This document shows, piece by piece, positions 59,509 through 64,000 of a DNA stretch of 64,000 bases; position 1 is the stretch's first letter; each line of letters starts with the position of its first letter. Position numbers and translations under genes: made by a program. Below the pieces are notes generated by a model, which was given only the letters and a program-made list of their open reading frames with translations, ran no database searches and was not told the origin of the DNA. The stretch comes from Tagaea sp. (GTDB lineage: Bacteria; Pseudomonadota; Alphaproteobacteria; CACIAM-22H2), in the NCBI GenBank assembly GCA_965279525.1, contig CBDIIB010000005.1:32001-96000 (forward strand). Reading direction: 5' to 3'.

Positions 59509-59949
59509 TCAAGTAGAAATTTTGTGTAATGCATCTTTCAACTGCATAGGTATGACAACCGGCTTCTGGTCGTCACGCCGGACGAATACATGCACGAAAT
59601 GTCCCTCGGCGGCCGCCACGTCGCTGCCCTGCCGGAAGAGACCGATCTCGTAGCGCACCGAACTGTTGCCCAGATGCCCGACGCGCAGGCCTGCATCGAT
59701 CGTCTCCGGAAAGGCAAGCGACGTGCGGAAGCGGCACATCGTCTCGACCGCGATGCCGACGACCTCCGCGCGATGTATGTCAAGACCGCCCGCTTCGATC
59801 AGGTACGCGTTAATGACCGTGTCGAAGTAGCTGTAGTACACGACATTGTTCACGTGACCGTAGAGGTCGTTGTCCATCCAGCGCGTCGGGATGGCGCGGA
59901 AGTGGCGATAGGCAGCGCGCGTCTCGGGCGGCGTCTTCGCGTGCGACAT
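59509..59949 (-). CDS. 4HBT/YbgC-like acyl-CoA thioesterase
   Basis: TRWMDNDLYGHVNNVVYYSYFD, LGNSSVRY. Confidence 0.92.
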   Translation of the reverse strand: MSHAKTPPETRAAYRHFRAIPTRWMDNDLYGHVNNVVYYSYFDTVINAYLIEAGGLDIHRAEVVGIAVETMCRFRTSLAFPETIDAGLRVGHLGNSSVRYEIGLFRQGSDVAAAEGHFVHVFVRRDDQKPVVIPMQLKDALHKIST

Positions 59950-59952
59950 CGT

Positions 59953-60741
59953 TCAGCAGATCCCGGCCAGGGCGTCGAGCGTGGCGTCGGGCGCTTCGAC
60001 CATCGCCATGTGGCCGGCACCGGCGAGCACGCGCTCCTGCGCCCCTTGCGTCGCCGCGATCAGGGCCCGGGCCCCTGCCGCCGGCGTCATCCGGTCGGCG
60101 GCACCCAGCAGATAGAGCGTCGGGCAGCGCGCCGCCGCGGCGGCGACCAGCGCATCCTTATACGAGTCGCAGGCCGAAAGGTCGCTTGCCAGCACGCCGT
60201 CGGCGACCCGCTCCAGCAGTCGCACGCCGCCACCCACCATCCAGGTGCCCGGTGCACGCGCCCCGCCAATCTGCGCGCGTCGCCCGAACGCCCAGTCCGC
60301 GATCATCTCGACGGCCGCATGCTCGCCGTTGGCTGCCGCCGCCAGCAGCTTGGGATGGACCGGCATCAGGGCAGCTGCACCCAGGAGCGCAAGTGCGCGC
60401 ACGCGCCGGCCATGGCGGGCGGCAGCGGCAAGCGACACGAGAGCCCCCATCGAATGGCCGACAAGGGCGGCCTCGCTTGCACCCGCCGCATCGAGCAGCC
60501 GCGGCATGAAATCGGCCATGGCTTCGATCGTGGAAAGTGCGGGACCTTCCGAGCGGCCATGGCCCGGCAGGTCGATCGCCAGCGCGTTGCGCCCGTGATG
60601 CGCGAACCAGCGCGTCTGCAGGTTCCACACCGTATGGTCCATGCCCGCGCCGTGCACGAAAACGACGGTCGGCCGGGCGGGATCGAACTTCCTTCCGCCC
60701 GTGGCGGCGAACACACGACGTCCGTCGACGACGAGTTCCAT
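59953..60741 (-). CDS. Alpha/beta hydrolase
   Basis: HGAG, DLPGHG, GHSMG, AGH. Confidence 0.92.
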   Translation of the reverse strand: MELVVDGRRVFAATGGRKFDPARPTVVFVHGAGMDHTVWNLQTRWFAHHGRNALAIDLPGHGRSEGPALSTIEAMADFMPRLLDAAGASEAALVGHSMGALVSLAAAARHGRRVRALALLGAAALMPVHPKLLAAAANGEHAAVEMIADWAFGRRAQIGGARAPGTWMVGGGVRLLERVADGVLASDLSACDSYKDALVAAAAARCPTLYLLGAADRMTPAAGARALIAATQGAQERVLAGAGHMAMVEAPDATLDALAGIC

Positions 60742-60745
60742 GGCG

Positions 60746-62038
60746 CTAGCCCTTCGCCGATGCGCGCAAGGCGGCCGTCAGGTCGTCGATCAGGTCGGCG
60801 CAGTCTTCCAGACCGATCGACAGGCGCACCATCTCCTCGCCGATGCCGGCCGCCTTCAGCGCCGCCGCGTCCATCTGCTGGTGCGTGGTCGATGCCGGAT
60901 GGATGACCAGCGACTTGGCGTCGCCGACATTCGCGAGGTGGCTGAACAGCTTCAGCGCCTCGATGAAGCGCCGGCCCGCGGCCCGTCCGCCCTTGATGCC
61001 GAAGCTGATCATCGAGCCCGCACCCTTGGGCAGCAGGCGGCCGGCAAGCGCATGGTCGGGATGGGACGCCAGGTCGGGATGGTTGACCCACGCGACCTCG
61101 GCCGCACCTTCGAGGAACGCCGCGACCTTGCGCGCGTTCTCGACATGGCGGGCCATGCGCAGCGGCAGCGTTTCCAGCCCCTGCAACAGGTAGAAGGCGT
61201 TGGTCGGCGACAGGCACGCGCCGAAATCGCGCAGGCCCTCGGCGCGCGCGCGCATGATGAACGCGGCCGGGCCGAACTCCTCGGCGAAATCGAGCCCGTG
61301 ATAGCCGGCATAGGGCTCGGTGATCGTGGGGAACTTTCCCGACTTCTCCCAGTCGAACGTGCCGGCGTCGACCAGCACGCCGCCGATGGCGATGCCGTGG
61401 CCGCCGATCCACTTGGTCGTCGAGTGCATGACGAGATCGGCGCCGTGGTCGAACGAGCGGAACAGGTACGGCGTGCAGAACGTGCAGTCGAGCATCAGCG
61501 GCAGGCCGGCGGCGTGCGCCACTTTCGCCACCGCCGGCACGTCCAGGACTTCGAGGCCCGGATTGCCGAGCACCTCGCCGAACACCAGGCGCGTCTCGGG
61601 GCGGATCGCGGCGGCGAACGCGGCGGGGTCGCGCGCATCGACGAAGCTGGTCGTGATCCCGAAGCGCGGCAGCGTGTGGGTGAACATGTTGTGCGAGCCG
61701 CCATAGATCGAGCCCGAGCTGACGATGTGCCCGCCCGTCCCCATCAGCGTGACGATCGCAAGGTGGAGTGCCGCCTGCCCCGAGGCGGTCGCGATGGCGC
61801 CGACTCCGCCTTCGAGGGCGGCGATCCGCTCCTCGAGCACCGCCACCGTCGGGTTGGATATACGGCTGTAGATGTGCCCCGCGCGCTCGAGATTGAACAG
61901 CGACGCGGCCGCATCGACGTCGGGAAACACATAGGACGTGGTCTGGTAGATCGGGACCGCGCGCGCACCCGTCGTCGGATCGGGTTGTTGGCCGGCATGG
62001 AGAGAAAGTGTGTCGAAACGGGGAAATCGACCGGTCAT
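60746..62038 (-). CDS. metY: O-acetylhomoserine aminocarboxypropyltransferase
   Basis: PIYQTTSY, YSRISNPT, HSTTKWIGGHG, LANVGDAKSL, RLSIGLE. Confidence 0.93.
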   Translation of the reverse strand: MTGRFPRFDTLSLHAGQQPDPTTGARAVPIYQTTSYVFPDVDAAASLFNLERAGHIYSRISNPTVAVLEERIAALEGGVGAIATASGQAALHLAIVTLMGTGGHIVSSGSIYGGSHNMFTHTLPRFGITTSFVDARDPAAFAAAIRPETRLVFGEVLGNPGLEVLDVPAVAKVAHAAGLPLMLDCTFCTPYLFRSFDHGADLVMHSTTKWIGGHGIAIGGVLVDAGTFDWEKSGKFPTITEPYAGYHGLDFAEEFGPAAFIMRARAEGLRDFGACLSPTNAFYLLQGLETLPLRMARHVENARKVAAFLEGAAEVAWVNHPDLASHPDHALAGRLLPKGAGSMISFGIKGGRAAGRRFIEALKLFSHLANVGDAKSLVIHPASTTHQQMDAAALKAAGIGEEMVRLSIGLEDCADLIDDLTAALRASAKG

Positions 62039-62064
62039 GCGACCTCCAAAAAACGGCCTCCCGG

Positions 62065-62184
62065 AAAAACAGAACCGCCCGAGCGCGCCTTGGGCGTCTT
62101 TCGGGCGGTTCCTTATTCAAGCGGCGCGTCCCTGTTCAACCCGCAGCTTGGCGCGAAGCTAACCAGCCCAAGCGGCCGCGTCAA
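62065..62184 (-). promoter_or_regulatory. metY promoter and structured leader with terminator-like hairpin
   Basis: TTGACG-N17-TAGCTT; 5' hairpin; GAACCGCCCGA...TCGGGCGGTTC-TGTTTTT. Confidence 0.6.
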
Positions 62185-62320
62185 TTGCCCCGTCGCCGGG
62201 ACGGGCCGGGACGGGCGTGTCGAATTCATACTACTGTAGAGTACTACATCATATTGAATTGCATCTTTAATTTCGCTCTGGCATGAGTGTTGACGACTTT
62301 GACTGGCCGGAGCGACCGCG

Positions 62321-64000
62321 GTGGCATTCGATTCTCCCTCCACCAAACTCACCTGCCCGGCCACCGCGGAGATCGTCACGACGATCGATTCCGTTCGTCG
62401 CCACAATACCGGTGCTGCAATCCTGTGCATCGTCATCGTGATCGGGATCGCCATCACCGCCCGATGGATCCAGGAACGCGAGGCGGTCTTCCACGAAGGT
62501 TTCGCCGCATCGCGCACGGCGTCGATCGAGCGCAACCTGCTGGCCGCAGACCTCCAGCTCATGCAGCTCGTCGCCAACGCGGACGGCGCCATGCTGCCGG
62601 CCCTGGCCGAACTCGACGGGCGCGATCCCTGCGCGGTCCCCCCCGAAGCCACGGCGGCGTTCCGGCATTTCGCGGCGGGCGCCGCGGCCGGCCAGATGGC
62701 GCTCGACGTCTGGTGCCGCGACGGCACGAACATGCTCCATCCGGAACGGCCCGGCGCCGCGCAGGAGCGATATTTCGCCATCCATGCCGATGCCGACATC
62801 GGCACCCGGGCCCGGGTGGTCGACTCGTTCCGCGGCATGTACGTCTCGACACCGGCACTCGACCGATCGACGCTCGAAACCCGCATCCGCCTCACGCGCC
62901 CCGTGCTGGGGCCGGACGGCACCTTTCAAGGCGTGGTCGGCGTCGGCATCCGCCTTTCGGCGCTGACCGACCTCCTGATGTCGCTGCGCGAGCGGGCCAG
63001 CGAACGGATCGCCCTCTACCGCAACGACCGCATGCTGGTCGCCCAGTATCCGGCCGAGTCGGCCGTCGGCATCGCCGACACGCCGCACGAAGCGCTCTGG
63101 CGGCACTATCCGTCCGCCGCGTTCGGGCATTTCGAAACGCCGGGACGGGCGGGCGGTGCGGACTCCCTGTCGGTCTTCTTCGGCTTGCGGCCGATGCCGC
63201 TCGTCGTCGTCTACACGACGGAGTGGCGGCCGATCTCGCGCGAGGCGCTGCGCATCTACTGGCCCGTGCTGGTGATCGCCGCCGCGGCCCTGATCGCGGC
63301 GTTCGTCTACGCCTGGATCTCGATCCGCTATGCCAACGCGCTGTCGCGCGCCAATGCCGAGCTTGCGCAAGCCAAGGAGAATCTGCAGTTCGAGGCCGAC
63401 GAGCGGGGGATATTCATCGCCAACATGAATCACGAGCTGCGCACGCCGCTCAACGCCATCGTCGGCTTCGCGCAGATCCTGGCCGACGCGACATTCGGTC
63501 CGTCGCATCCCAAATACCGCGAGTACGCGCGCGACATCGCCAGCAGCGGCCAGCATCTGCAGACGCTCATCGGCGAGATCATCGACTTCGCGGCGATCGA
63601 CCGGGGCCGCCGGAACATCGCCATCACGCGTCTCGACGCGGCCGAGGCGGTCGCCGAGACAGTCCGCCTGCTGCGGCCGATCGCAGGCGCTCGCGGCATC
63701 TCGATCGACACCGCGGGCGAGGACATCTGGGCGCTTGGCGACCTTGCCGCTGTCCGGCAGATCGTGATCAACCTCGTGACGAACGCGATCAAGTTTTCCG
63801 CACCGGGCGGCACCGTCACGATCGAGAGCCGGGCGGAAGCCGGGACGGGACTTGTCTCGATCTGCGTCGCCGATCGCGGCATGGGCATCGCACCGGCGGA
63901 GTTGCCCTCAATCGGCCGCCCCTTCTTCCGCACGCGGGCCGCACGGCTCGGCGCCGTCTCCGGCGCCGGACTTGGCCTTTCCATCTCCGTGGCCCTTGCC
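62321..64000 (+). CDS. Membrane sensor histidine kinase (partial, runs off window end)
   Basis: Manual translation: two TM segments, NMNHELRTPLNAI H-box, NLVTNAIKF, DRGMGI, GAGLGL; GTG start after GGAG. Confidence 0.92.
   Translation, partial: MAFDSPSTKLTCPATAEIVTTIDSVRRHNTGAAILCIVIVIGIAITARWIQEREAVFHEGFAASRTASIERNLLAADLQLMQLVANADGAMLPALAELDGRDPCAVPPEATAAFRHFAAGAAAGQMALDVWCRDGTNMLHPERPGAAQERYFAIHADADIGTRARVVDSFRGMYVSTPALDRSTLETRIRLTRPVLGPDGTFQGVVGVGIRLSALTDLLMSLRERASERIALYRNDRMLVAQYPAESAVGIADTPHEALWRHYPSAAFGHFETPGRAGGADSLSVFFGLRPMPLVVVYTTEWRPISREALRIYWPVLVIAAAALIAAFVYAWISIRYANALSRANAELAQAKENLQFEADERGIFIANMNHELRTPLNAIVGFAQILADATFGPSHPKYREYARDIASSGQHLQTLIGEIIDFAAIDRGRRNIAITRLDAAEAVAETVRLLRPIAGARGISIDTAGEDIWALGDLAAVRQIVINLVTNAIKFSAPGGTVTIESRAEAGTGLVSICVADRGMGIAPAELPSIGRPFFRTRAARLGAVSGAGLGLSISVALA

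Overview
High-GC alphaproteobacterial chromosome segment, probably Rhodospirillales-like (inferred from gene content), made mostly of core genes. Order: partial peptide ABC ATPase, tartrate dehydrogenase, djlA, DMT transporter, amidase, orphan hicB, RNase P RNA; a complete dcw cluster (mraZ to ftsZ), lpxC, bamD, recN, ligA; aminopeptidase P, DUF1127, PAS protein, an unusually long zapA; tkt, HAD phosphatase, gap; epmA/epmB; fbaB, thiE, efp, suhB; a Pro-rich OmpA protein plus a MotA/MotB-like pair; an ABC exporter, cyaY, rpmE, rcdA, Hsp20; two tandem PilZ paralogs, metY and a partial histidine kinase. No tRNA, rRNA, CRISPR array or transposase was seen. The most unusual stretch is 42.3-43.4 kb. 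It holds a peptidoglycan-binding gene with no standard start codon, then a non-coding block: sigma70-like promoter, boxA-like motif, hairpin, and two units at an exact 100-bp period. The units share an IHF-like core, but every copy of the internal motif switches from CGTCTC in unit 1 to CGTCAA in unit 2. All calls were made by eye from sequence and motifs; no database searches were run.
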